A stretch of DNA of 32,000 bases from Promethearchaeota archaeon (GCA_016933055.1 JAFGBS010000019.1:1-32000), one strand, 5' to 3'. Shown: positions 1 through 8,784, counted from the stretch's first letter. Notes: generated from the letters alone by a model not told the origin. Translations and numbers: made by a program.

Positions 1-1
1 T

Positions 2-754
2 ACCACATCTATCTTACTTTTCAATGCCTACAAACGAAAAGTGATTATTCCAAGACAAGAACAGGAAATTAAACTACTAAGAAAGAAAACACAAATTTTT
101 GACGATATTATTAATATAAAAAGCGTTCTCATTATCGAAACTAATACGGGGCGTCTCATGTTTAGACATATTATCGGTGGCCTTGATAAAGATAATGAAG
201 ACATCTTTTCGGGATTTCTCCATGCTATTCTAACGCTTTCAAATAGATTTGCATTGAAAAATGGTGATCTCGGGGAAAAAAGAGAGTATGCGGAATTTAC
301 TCATGAAGTATTTCATGTTCTAGTAGCAAGTGGTGAAAAAGTAATAGTCGCACTTATTTTAGAAGAGGAATCCTCATCAGAACTGCAAGAACGGGCATTT
401 AAGTTTTTAGATGAATTTGAGAGTATCTATGCATCTACATTGAAACATTGGAATGGGGATCGTAATGTATTCAAAGATACTACCCCAAAATTATTTGAAG
501 AAATATTTCACTTATCGCTCTTGAAGCGATACACTTTAACTGATGCGGATAACGTTTATCTTCTCGAAAAAGCCTTAATCACTCCGGGAACAATATCTGA
601 AAGAGTTGCACAGATAGTTAAAACCGTTTCCGAAGATCGCCATGATTTTCGTTTAAAAACTTTAATTTCACTAATTACAGAAGAGGATCGATTGTTAGCG
701 AAAGACATTATATTGCGTTTTATTAAAAATAACTATCTAGTTCCAGTTGAGTGA
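2..754 (+). CDS. 5'-truncated protein: end of a probable TM helix, then a longin/roadblock-like domain and a C-terminal winged-helix-like segment (Asgard-type)
   Basis: The frame is open from base 2 (TTSILLFNAYKRKVIIPRQ), so the GTG at 41 is probably internal. The pattern 'SVLIIETNTGRLMF..EDIFSGFLHAILTLS..EFTHEVFHVLVASGEKVIVALIL..FLDEFESIY..WNGDRNVF' resembles the longin-like C-termini common in Lokiarchaeia proteins. Confidence 0.6.
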   Translation, partial: TTSILLFNAYKRKVIIPRQEQEIKLLRKKTQIFDDIINIKSVLIIETNTGRLMFRHIIGGLDKDNEDIFSGFLHAILTLSNRFALKNGDLGEKREYAEFTHEVFHVLVASGEKVIVALILEEESSSELQERAFKFLDEFESIYASTLKHWNGDRNVFKDTTPKLFEEIFHLSLLKRYTLTDADNVYLLEKALITPGTISERVAQIVKTVSEDRHDFRLKTLISLITEEDRLLAKDIILRFIKNNYLVPVE

Positions 755-791
755 GAGAAACCCTTAAATCTCCATTTTTCTTCTTCTTCTT

Positions 792-797
792 GAGGAG
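792..797 (+). promoter_or_regulatory. Shine-Dalgarno-like GAGGAG upstream of the TTG at 806
   Basis: GAGGAG ends 8 nt before the TTG start, which supports that start. Confidence 0.5.
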
Positions 798-805
798 TTT
801 AGTTT

Positions 806-3244
806 TTGTCTTCCGTATCTAAACACGCAAAAAAACTTGCCATAATTGCGCAAAAATCATATGATAGCTTAAAGCAATTCTATGCACAATTAGATCCCTA
901 TTTAGATAGGCATTCGAAAATCTGGAATATACCACCCATAAATCTTCTCGATACTTACATTCAGTTTTTTATTTATATTTGTTATAAAACTTACATTCGA
1001 TTTCAACAACCTCCTAATTTTGTCTTAATTCGAAAAACCACGAATAACTTAATTATTGATAACCATATTCCATCAGAAATTACCAATTCCCTCATCAGCC
1101 CCTTATTCGATGAAATTAGAGGGTGGGATCTTCCTGATAAGAGAGAAATCGACGCCTTCTTCACTTTTTATGGATCATTTCTAAGGAATTATAAGCCAAC
1201 TATCGCTAAAAATTCCGGAATAGTGTATACACCTAAAATTATTGTAGATTTTATGATAAAAGGAATTCAAAATCTGATTATTCACTTATTTAAGGTGGAA
1301 GATGGTCTTAAAAACAGAGAATTTCCTTTCAAAATAATAGATCCAGCATCAGGCACAATGAATTTCATCATTGCCCTTCTAAATTTCGTCAAAAACTCTA
1401 GTACAGACTTGGGAAAGATATACAGCAATATTTTAACTATGGAATTGAATTCCATCCCGTATCTACTAGGACTTGATGAACTAATGAATATAATTGAATT
1501 TCCCATTGAAAAACATAATTTTCATTTAGGTAATACGCTTACCAAAGAATCTTATAAAATATTCAATGATTTTCTGGAGCTAGGGCAAAAAAATTGTTTA
1601 TCTATCATAATGGGAAACCCCCCCTATTACATAAACACTCAAAATAACTATCCATGGATTCAATCGGAACTATCAGAATATAAACAGGATTTAGCGGAAA
1701 AAAATTTAAAGATTTTGTCGGATGATTATGTAAAATTTTTTCGAGTTTCCCAAAAATTATTTCAAGAGAAAAATAGGCAAGGCATTTTGACATATGTGTC
1801 TAATAATAATTTCTTGGATGGTACTGTGTTTAAATCTATGCGAAAGAGTCTTTTAGAGACATTTAATGCTATCTACATAGTAAATCTTCATGGTAATTTA
1901 CGAAAGAAGGAAACTGGTAACCCATTTAAGATAAAAATTGGCATATCCATCATTTTTCTCGTAAGAAATAAATCAATGTCTCCTCCCAAAACTGATTCCA
2001 ATTCTGAATCCAAGGACACTTCAAAAATTTATTACTTGGATTTAAATTCACCACAATTAAATACTAAATTCACCCAATTAGCAAAAAAATTTGATATGGA
2101 AAACTTTCAACGGGTAAACTTGACACCAGATTACTTTTTTATTCCAAGAGATATGAATAGAGAACAAAGGTTTCAAGAATTTACTGCATTACCTGATCTG
2201 TTTCAAAATTCTCCCAAAAGTGGCATCATGACTGGAAGAGATTCCTTAGTTTCAAATCCAGATGTGAAAATTTTAGAAGAAAACCTTCAGTTGTTCTTTC
2301 ACAGACAGTTTGACAAGTTGAAAATGCTAGATGTGAAAGTCAATAAAACAAAAACTTGGGATCCGGAGAAAGCACTCATATCGAGTTCCTTAGAGAGGGC
2401 TAAAAATTCTATAATTCAATATTATTATCGTGGATTTGTAAAGAGTTATTTAATCTATGAGAAGAATTTAGTAGATGGATGTCGTTTGGGCTATTTAGAT
2501 ACAATTTCCTCAACAAATCCGGCTATTTGCGTAACACGGTCCATTCGCAGTTCTCATTTCAGCCATGTCCTTATGGTAGATGCTCCTCCCGAAAAATGTC
2601 TACTAGGCATACGTGATTCATCTTATGTGTTTCTTCTCAAGACACCGCAGAATCTAAAAAAGTACAATTTATCGCCTCCCTCTCTCGGATTCAACTTTAA
2701 ATCAGAAATGCTCTTTTATTATATATATGGGATTCTGTACAGCTGTGCATATCGAGAACGTTACGTAGAACAGCTGAGAAGACATTTTCCACGTATTCCC
2801 TTTTTAAAAAATAATCCGATTATATTTGAAAAAATGGTCAATTTAGGGATGCACTTAGCAAATATTCATTTAGATAAGCTTGATTTAGACCTAAACGATT
2901 TTGTTATATACAATACATCAAATCGGAAAATTCAAGATTTCCACTACGAACGCAAATCTAATAGATTGTTTTTCGGTTCTCATAAAGATAATGTAGTGAT
3001 TGAGGGAATTACACCAGAAATTTGGGATTTTGAAATCGGATCTATTCGACAATTAGAATATTGGCTCAAGTCCAGAAAATACAAATCCCTCAATATACAG
3101 CATAATAAACGACACTTAGGATTACATCGCCCATTAGATGAATCAGAATTAAAAGAATTGTTGAAATTGTGTTCTAAAATTAAACTTACCTTGGGAATTC
3201 TCCCGAAAATTGATGCGATCTACAAAAAAATCGATGAGATATAG
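806..3244 (+). CDS. N6-adenine DNA methyltransferase with a type ISP-like C-terminal specificity domain; no nuclease or helicase domain
   Basis: Motifs: GIVYTP (X), IIDPASGTMNF (I), GNPPY (IV), LSDDYVKFFR, NNNFLDGTVFKSMRKSLLETF..IVNLHGNLRK, FYYIYGILYS..YRERY..FPRIP, IWDFEIG..LEYWLKSRK. These match type ISP/IIL MTase-TRD proteins. Confidence 0.85.
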   Translation: MSSVSKHAKKLAIIAQKSYDSLKQFYAQLDPYLDRHSKIWNIPPINLLDTYIQFFIYICYKTYIRFQQPPNFVLIRKTTNNLIIDNHIPSEITNSLISPLFDEIRGWDLPDKREIDAFFTFYGSFLRNYKPTIAKNSGIVYTPKIIVDFMIKGIQNLIIHLFKVEDGLKNREFPFKIIDPASGTMNFIIALLNFVKNSSTDLGKIYSNILTMELNSIPYLLGLDELMNIIEFPIEKHNFHLGNTLTKESYKIFNDFLELGQKNCLSIIMGNPPYYINTQNNYPWIQSELSEYKQDLAEKNLKILSDDYVKFFRVSQKLFQEKNRQGILTYVSNNNFLDGTVFKSMRKSLLETFNAIYIVNLHGNLRKKETGNPFKIKIGISIIFLVRNKSMSPPKTDSNSESKDTSKIYYLDLNSPQLNTKFTQLAKKFDMENFQRVNLTPDYFFIPRDMNREQRFQEFTALPDLFQNSPKSGIMTGRDSLVSNPDVKILEENLQLFFHRQFDKLKMLDVKVNKTKTWDPEKALISSSLERAKNSIIQYYYRGFVKSYLIYEKNLVDGCRLGYLDTISSTNPAICVTRSIRSSHFSHVLMVDAPPEKCLLGIRDSSYVFLLKTPQNLKKYNLSPPSLGFNFKSEMLFYYIYGILYSCAYRERYVEQLRRHFPRIPFLKNNPIIFEKMVNLGMHLANIHLDKLDLDLNDFVIYNTSNRKIQDFHYERKSNRLFFGSHKDNVVIEGITPEIWDFEIGSIRQLEYWLKSRKYKSLNIQHNKRHLGLHRPLDESELKELLKLCSKIKLTLGILPKIDAIYKKIDEI

Positions 3245-3278
3245 AAACTTTTAAACTAACTGAAAATGAAAGATTTTT

Positions 3279-4703
3279 ATGGGAATATTAAGACCGAAAA
3301 TCCAAGTTCTTGATGAAGAACACAAGAATCAAATTTTTGCAGAAGCTACAGAAATCCTCGAAACGCAAGGAATCTTTCTTGAAAATAATAATGCCATTCA
3401 ATTGTTTAAGGAGCAAGGATTTAGCCATACGAAAACAAGGTGGATGATCCCCTCAGACATTGTAAAAACCAGTTTAAAATCCACTCCAAAAAGTATTAAA
3501 TTATATGATCGAGAGGGAAAGAACCCACTTCTCTTAACAGGAGATAATGTGCACTTTGATCCTGGGTCCGCTGCTGTAACCATACTAGATGAATCCACAG
3601 GCCAGATTCGGGAACCCAAAAGTAGTGATTTTATTCGATTTACCCAAATCGTTGAACACCTTCGGTATATTGACGCACAAAGTACAAGTTTTATATACGG
3701 AGATGTTCCTATGATGGCGCAAGATTGGCATCGCCTCTTTATTTGCCTATCTTATTGCAACAAACCCATAATAACGGGAACATTTCATAAAAATAACTTT
3801 AAAATCATGCGGGAATTGTTGCTTGCATGCCGTAAATCAGAAAAAGATCTAGCGGAAAAACCTCTTGCCATATTTGATGCGTGTCCGTCTCCTCCACTAC
3901 GATGGTCAGATTTAACTACTCAATCTCTATTGGATGCTGCAGAGAGTATGATTCCTTCCGAGTTCATCTCCATGCCTTTGTCTGGTGCGAGTGCCCCAAT
4001 CACATTGATCGGAAGCATCACCCAACACTGTGCAGAAACCCTTGCTGGTATTGTAATAACCCAGCTGGCAAGAAAAGGAGCACCGGTGATTTGGGGGGGC
4101 TCCCCCGCAATATTGGATATGAAACATGGTACCACTCCCATGGGAGCAATTGAAACTATGTTGATTAATTTAGGGGATGTAGAAATGGGGAAATTTTTCA
4201 ACCTACCCGTGCAAGCATATATGAGTCTTGGGGATGGTAAAATCCCAGATGCACAAGCAGGGTTCGAAGCAGGTATTGGGGCAGTTCTTGCTGCTCTTGG
4301 GGGGATTAATATGGTTTCAGGACCTGGTATGTTGAATTTCGAATCCACCCAGTCAATAGAAAAACTCATTATCGACAATGAGATTGCGGGGATGGCAAAA
4401 CATCTAATACGGGGAATAAATGATTATGATCCTCCCTTTGCTTCGGAAATTCTTAAAGATTATAATGATAAGGAGGAATTGCTCTCGCATCCAACTACTT
4501 TGAAACTATTTAAGAAGGAATTGTTTATTACAGAAATCGTCGATCGATCATCTAAGGAAATGTGGGTAAAAAAAGGAAGTAAAAGTATACGAGGAAGGGC
4601 AAAAGAAAAAGCAAGAAAACTATTGGAACGATTGCCAGAACACCCAATTGACGAGTCTCTGCAGAAAAATCTACAAAGAATTACGAGAGATAATTTAAAT
4701 TAA
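3279..4703 (+). CDS. Trimethylamine methyltransferase (MttB/MtgB) family corrinoid methyltransferase, non-pyrrolysine
   Basis: Motifs: CPSPPLRW, SMPLSGASAPITLIGS..AETLAGIVITQL..KGAPVIWGG, DMKHG..MGAIE, DGKIPDAQAGFE, GGINMVSGPGMLNF..S.EKLIIDNEI, FL.HPTT-like LLSHPTT. No in-frame TAG. Confidence 0.9.
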   Translation: MGILRPKIQVLDEEHKNQIFAEATEILETQGIFLENNNAIQLFKEQGFSHTKTRWMIPSDIVKTSLKSTPKSIKLYDREGKNPLLLTGDNVHFDPGSAAVTILDESTGQIREPKSSDFIRFTQIVEHLRYIDAQSTSFIYGDVPMMAQDWHRLFICLSYCNKPIITGTFHKNNFKIMRELLLACRKSEKDLAEKPLAIFDACPSPPLRWSDLTTQSLLDAAESMIPSEFISMPLSGASAPITLIGSITQHCAETLAGIVITQLARKGAPVIWGGSPAILDMKHGTTPMGAIETMLINLGDVEMGKFFNLPVQAYMSLGDGKIPDAQAGFEAGIGAVLAALGGINMVSGPGMLNFESTQSIEKLIIDNEIAGMAKHLIRGINDYDPPFASEILKDYNDKEELLSHPTTLKLFKKELFITEIVDRSSKEMWVKKGSKSIRGRAKEKARKLLERLPEHPIDESLQKNLQRITRDNLN

Positions 4704-5731
4704 GTGAGTTCTCCTTCCATCTCTTGTTTTGCTTGAGCTAAGTTCCTTAGCTTTCCCTCGACAACTTGCATTCCCATTTCTTCACCAAAAATACTGAGTA
4801 ATGGAGCAAATCCACAATCGGGCTTTAGAATAACATTTTCTTTACCAACTTGATCTACTGCTTCATGAATTGCCTTTTTCACGTGATTTATAGGTTCTAT
4901 GTAGCTATCCGCTGTACTGTCTGCGATCCATTGAATTTGAGTTTGAAGAACGCCCCACGCAAGTGTTTTCTCATATTGTTCGAGCAATTCTCTATCAAAT
5001 AATTTTAGATTATAACCACTCGTCATTTCGTGATCCATAATTTCCACATTGGATTCTAACAGGAGGTTCCGCAATTTTGGAGCTATTCTACCGCATACAT
5101 GAACTGAGGAATGTCTGGATATTGTTGATATAGCTTGGTTGATTATATTTAGAGCTTCATCTTCTGTATGATAATAAGTTTTCCGGCCAACGATAATTCC
5201 TAGCATAGGTTCATCCATTGAGATAATATCCGCTCCCATTTTATCATATTCTGATGCAATTCTACTCATCATCTTTGCTAATCCCATTACCATATCATAA
5301 CTTAAGATGGCAGTAGTATCCCGAAATAATGAGATCTTGGGTTTATGCACTACACTTTCGGGAATAATTATTTCGCTTGCTAGTGTAAATGGACCCGTTA
5401 AACAAGCTTTCCAGCCCTTGATTTTCTTTCGATAATCGGGATTATCTTTAAAGAATTCGACCATGAATTGACCATATTCTAATGCAAATGGGTCTTTTGG
5501 TAATTTCAATTCGTCAGCTTCAAGATAAAATCTCCCATGGTTTTTTACCAATCCCACGTTCATATCCACGATAGGATCTAGAAATTGGTCGATCATTGGA
5601 ACTAATTGGGGATAACAAGGATATTCGATTCCGCAATTGATCTGAGCTTTAACTCCACGAATTAGGTTTTCAGGTGTATTTGTTAAGGGAAGAGACCCAA
5701 CGACGGTGGTCGTCCAACCCAATTTTTTCAT
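4700..5731 (-). CDS. Core (MesA/MetE C-terminal-like) methionine synthase; probable methylcobalamin:homocysteine methyltransferase
   Basis: Single-barrel length (343 aa). Motifs TTVVGSLP, YPQL, KACLTGPFTLA, ISMDEP, plus zinc ligands HVCG, DHE and KPDCG. Confidence 0.8.
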   Translation of the reverse strand: MKKLGWTTTVVGSLPLTNTPENLIRGVKAQINCGIEYPCYPQLVPMIDQFLDPIVDMNVGLVKNHGRFYLEADELKLPKDPFALEYGQFMVEFFKDNPDYRKKIKGWKACLTGPFTLASEIIIPESVVHKPKISLFRDTTAILSYDMVMGLAKMMSRIASEYDKMGADIISMDEPMLGIIVGRKTYYHTEDEALNIINQAISTISRHSSVHVCGRIAPKLRNLLLESNVEIMDHEMTSGYNLKLFDRELLEQYEKTLAWGVLQTQIQWIADSTADSYIEPINHVKKAIHEAVDQVGKENVILKPDCGFAPLLSIFGEEMGMQVVEGKLRNLAQAKQEMEGELT

Positions 5732-5815
5732 ATCCTAAATAATACGATGCTTCACATAAAGTTCTTTTTAGATTATAATGTCAGCAGAGATTGATAATAA
5801 CGAAGGATTAAAAAA

Positions 5816-5914
5816 TGGGACCGGGGTGAATTGAACACCCGACCTCCTGCATTCTACGAAAAAAGAAGTATCTTTCATGTCAGGCAGGCGTCATTACCAC
5901 TAGACCACGATCCC
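5816..5914 (-). tRNA. tRNA-Val(GAC) with an intron at the canonical 37/38 position
   Basis: Minus strand reads GGGATCG-TG-GTCTAGTGGTAATGAC-G-CCTGC-CTGACA-[26 nt]-T-GCAGG-AGGTC-GGGTG-TTCAATT-CACCC-CGGTCCC-A. All stems pair. The anticodon GAC is at 5881-5879. Confidence 0.92.
5852..5877 (-). other. 26-nt tRNA intron forming a relaxed bulge-helix-bulge
   Basis: Intron TGAAAGATACTTCTTTTTTCGTAGAA. Outer helix GAAAGA/TTTTTC. Central helix CTGA/GTAG has 3 of 4 pairs. Both bulges are 3 nt. Confidence 0.8.
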
Positions 5915-6187
5915 ATGGTTTGAAGCGATATGGTTACAGATTAAATGGTGAATGGTTCTAATTCTCCATAACTAAAAAAAATTTCCATCAAACTACTAAA
6001 AACTCCTTCTCACCTATCAAAAATATTTGATGATACTTATGTATCAAATACGAAGTTTTTTAAACCCAGAAATACGAATTTAGTCGGCATTATTACTCGG
6101 TTAAGGCATAATTACTGTAAAATTTAAAAACTGCTCTGAGAAAATTACTGAGATACATTTTAAAAAACACTAAACATACTGAGGAAG

Positions 6188-6373
6188 ATGAATAAAAAAA
6201 TCCAGATCAAATCCATTTATGGTAATCACTTTGTTGTGGAAAAAATTGAAACTGAGAATCCTGACCTCACGGATGAATTCTATCATGTAATTTTTGATAC
6301 CCAAGGATTTGTAATGACCAAGGAGGAATTAAAAAAATTACAGAATTTCTTCAATGAAATAGACTTAGAATAA
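6188..6373 (+). CDS. Small hypothetical protein (61 aa)
   Basis: GAGGAAG lies immediately before the ATG, the composition is protein-like, and the stop abuts the larB stop exactly. Confidence 0.6.
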   Translation: MNKKIQIKSIYGNHFVVEKIETENPDLTDEFYHVIFDTQGFVMTKEELKKLQNFFNEIDLE

Positions 6374-7162
6374 TCACTTTATTTCATGTTTATGTGCACC
6401 TTTGGCGATAAGAATTGCAGATGCAGCAGCACCTACTCCATTATCAATATTGACCACACTCAAGCCTGGGGCACAACTTTGTAACATCGTACTAAGTGCT
6501 GCTTCTCCCTTTCCTTTATATCCATACCCATTTGAAGTGGGTACTCCAATAACTGGGATATCTATCAAAGCCGAAACCACACTTGGCAAAGTTCCTTCCA
6601 TTCCCGCAGCAACCACTATAACATCCACATCCTGTTCGATCATATCTTTCAAAGGTTGAAAAATACGATGAAATCCGGCAATTCCCACATCATATGCAGT
6701 CATTACCTCACAATCCATAGCCTCAGCTATAGTTTTTATTTCTTCAGCAACCATTATATCCGAAGTCCCTGCAGTTATTATCCCGATTTTGCCTTTTATT
6801 GGCGTGTTAGTTCTCGGTTTAAAAATACATGCAATTTTTCCTTTTTTATTGATTTGGACCTTAAAATTAGGATTTTGAACTTGATAGTCTTTAATTACTT
6901 GATATTGTTCCTCTTGTAAACGAGATATTAGGATTGTATCGCGGGATTTGAGATATTTTTCAATTAATTGACCGAGAACCTCCTTTGGTTTCGATTGGGC
7001 AAAAATGATTTCAGGAAATCCCGTACGTTCCATCCTCAGAACGTCGAGTTTTACATTTTGATCGATTTTCTCCAAATGATCCATTTTCAGTAGTTTTAGA
7101 ACCTCATCCTCATTTAAATCTCCTTTTTTATAGGAATGAAGAATTTCGCGGAGATCCATCAT
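6374..7162 (-). CDS. larB: Nickel pincer cofactor biosynthesis protein LarB (PurE-like carboxylase)
   Basis: Motifs: LDVLRMERTGFPEIIF..K, ITAGTSDIMVAEE, DVGIAGFHR, VVAAGMEGTLPSVVSAL..PVIGVPTSNGYG, LSTMLQSCAPGLSVVNIDNGVGAA. Confidence 0.92.
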   Translation of the reverse strand: MMDLREILHSYKKGDLNEDEVLKLLKMDHLEKIDQNVKLDVLRMERTGFPEIIFAQSKPKEVLGQLIEKYLKSRDTILISRLQEEQYQVIKDYQVQNPNFKVQINKKGKIACIFKPRTNTPIKGKIGIITAGTSDIMVAEEIKTIAEAMDCEVMTAYDVGIAGFHRIFQPLKDMIEQDVDVIVVAAGMEGTLPSVVSALIDIPVIGVPTSNGYGYKGKGEAALSTMLQSCAPGLSVVNIDNGVGAAASAILIAKGAHKHEIK

Positions 7163-7204
7163 AAGATGAATAATGTATAGATCAAAAAAAGGTATTCCTA
7201 TAGA

Positions 7205-8146
7205 TCAATTCCAAGTGGCATTTATTTCTGCATCCATTTTTCCATCAAAATATTTATCATACCTTTCCGAGTAATTATGACTTGCCAATTTAGCTCTTAA
7301 CTTGCGTAAAATGTAATGCACTACTCGTTTTCGGATGGGGATGTCCTCGAAATTCTTTATTTTAAATGTCCACGGAACATCAATGTTATCTGGTATTGGT
7401 TGGTATCGTAGCGCTTCAGCTTTATTACTGTATTGGACTCTTAATCCCTTGAAAATTTTTTCTAATAAACCTATATTGTATTCAATTCCTTTCTTATCAA
7501 GAGTGAAGGATTGAGTTTGATGAGCTTTAAGCGCATTCACTAATATATTTTCGAATGCAGGAAAACGAGGGAACCACCAATGATTATAAATGGATTGATA
7601 ATAGAGGAGTTTTGGGATTGTAATATCTACTTCTCTGTTTTTCTTGGCTTTTACTAACCGTTTGAGGGCAAAATATAGGAGTTTTCCCGTATTCACATGA
7701 TCTTTATGATCGTAATATACAAATACTGGTTCGGGTCCAATAATGAAATCGGGTTGTAATTGTACGATATAATTGTATACTGATTGGATTGCATCCTTCG
7801 TAACATTCACATATCCATCAAAAAATCCTAGAAAATCTGGTTTCTTCCCTGTTAGTATCTGTTGACTCGTAATTAGCTCTTGAGTTCTTATTTGTGCTGC
7901 TTTCATGGTAGATCGAACTTCATCAGTAAGTTCAGCCATTTCTCCACGAGTCATACTGACCGCTTTAAAATAGAATTTTTCATTTGGTGTATGAGTAAAA
8001 TATTGCACACTTCTTTGCAGAGCATCTTTAATCTCGGGATCTTTAGAAAAATGATTTGGTTTTCGACAATGGGCTATAGCGAACATAATACTGGGAACAT
8101 TAAATTCAAGATCATCTGGATGAGGAGCAACAAAAAGGAACCGCAT
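7205..8146 (-). CDS. PIG-L/LmbE-family Zn-dependent deacetylase
   Basis: Motifs: N-terminal FVAPHPDDLE, MTRGE, R..E, FLGFFDG, HKDHVNTG, AL.AH.TQ. Confidence 0.8.
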   Translation of the reverse strand: MRFLFVAPHPDDLEFNVPSIMFAIAHCRKPNHFSKDPEIKDALQRSVQYFTHTPNEKFYFKAVSMTRGEMAELTDEVRSTMKAAQIRTQELITSQQILTGKKPDFLGFFDGYVNVTKDAIQSVYNYIVQLQPDFIIGPEPVFVYYDHKDHVNTGKLLYFALKRLVKAKKNREVDITIPKLLYYQSIYNHWWFPRFPAFENILVNALKAHQTQSFTLDKKGIEYNIGLLEKIFKGLRVQYSNKAEALRYQPIPDNIDVPWTFKIKNFEDIPIRKRVVHYILRKLRAKLASHNYSERYDKYFDGKMDAEINATWN

Positions 8147-8213
8147 ATACTATTTCCATATGCAACAAAATATAATTGTTAGTATCCTTAATTCGCCGTA
8201 TATGTAATTGAGT

Positions 8214-8762
8214 CTACGGAATACTTTTCCACAGAGGAATTCCTCTGTTATGATTGAAAATATGTTGCACTAAGTGCTTGAGAGATTCTTCAACATTAAG
8301 ACCAGTTTTTGCGGACGTTTCATAATACCCAATCAAATTTTCATCTGCAACAAAATTCTCTATATCTTCGGGGAATACTTCCCGTACTTCTGCAAGATCA
8401 CATTTTGTGCCCAGCAACAAAATTGGAAGTTCATAATCTTCTTCAGTGGACCGAAGCAAGGTGATCCATTCTTTTAGATTTGAAAAAGATTGATATCGAG
8501 TAATATCAAATAGAAGGAGTGCACCATGCGCTCCGATAATAAAATCTCGCAAAATATCTCGAAAACGACCTTGTCCTCCAAAGTCCCAGATCGTTAAATC
8601 TGCGTGGTCAGAATTATCAAGCTTTATTGATTGAGTAAAGAATCCCGTTCCAATGGTTGATTTAGACTGTTCAATAAATAGTCCAGAAGTAAATCTTTTT
8701 AAAAAACTAGTTTTACCAACTCCTCCATCACCAGAATTTATTATTTTAAACATATATGGCAC
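8214..8762 (-). CDS. Rab-like small GTPase
   Basis: G1 GDGGVGKTS, G2 STIGTGF, G3 WDFGGQGRF, HGALLLFDIT, G4 GTKCD, G5 ETSAK. No C-terminal Cys. Confidence 0.92.
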   Translation of the reverse strand: MPYMFKIINSGDGGVGKTSFLKRFTSGLFIEQSKSTIGTGFFTQSIKLDNSDHADLTIWDFGGQGRFRDILRDFIIGAHGALLLFDITRYQSFSNLKEWITLLRSTEEDYELPILLLGTKCDLAEVREVFPEDIENFVADENLIGYYETSAKTGLNVEESLKHLVQHIFNHNRGIPLWKSIP

Positions 8763-8784
8763 TAAGTATCCTCTCGATTGGTGG

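Noticed and set aside
774-791. (TTC)n tract as a contingency repeat
   Set aside because: Intergenic and only about 4 units long; more simply a pyrimidine-rich terminator-like tract.
3279-4703. Pyrrolysine-containing trimethylamine methyltransferase
   Set aside because: No in-frame TAG; Leu occupies the apparent position.
5816-5914. Alternative splicing giving an AGA (Ser) anticodon
   Set aside because: There is no long variable arm, the body is Val-like, and BHB geometry fits only 37/38.
6100-6187. Short (TA)CTGAG repeats upstream of the 61-aa ORF
   Set aside because: Only 5-7 bp long with irregular spacing; compatible with chance.
6374-7162. PurE (AIR carboxylase)
   Set aside because: The N-terminal extension (RTGFPEIIF) and the GMEG/GYG/NIDNG motifs are LarB-specific.
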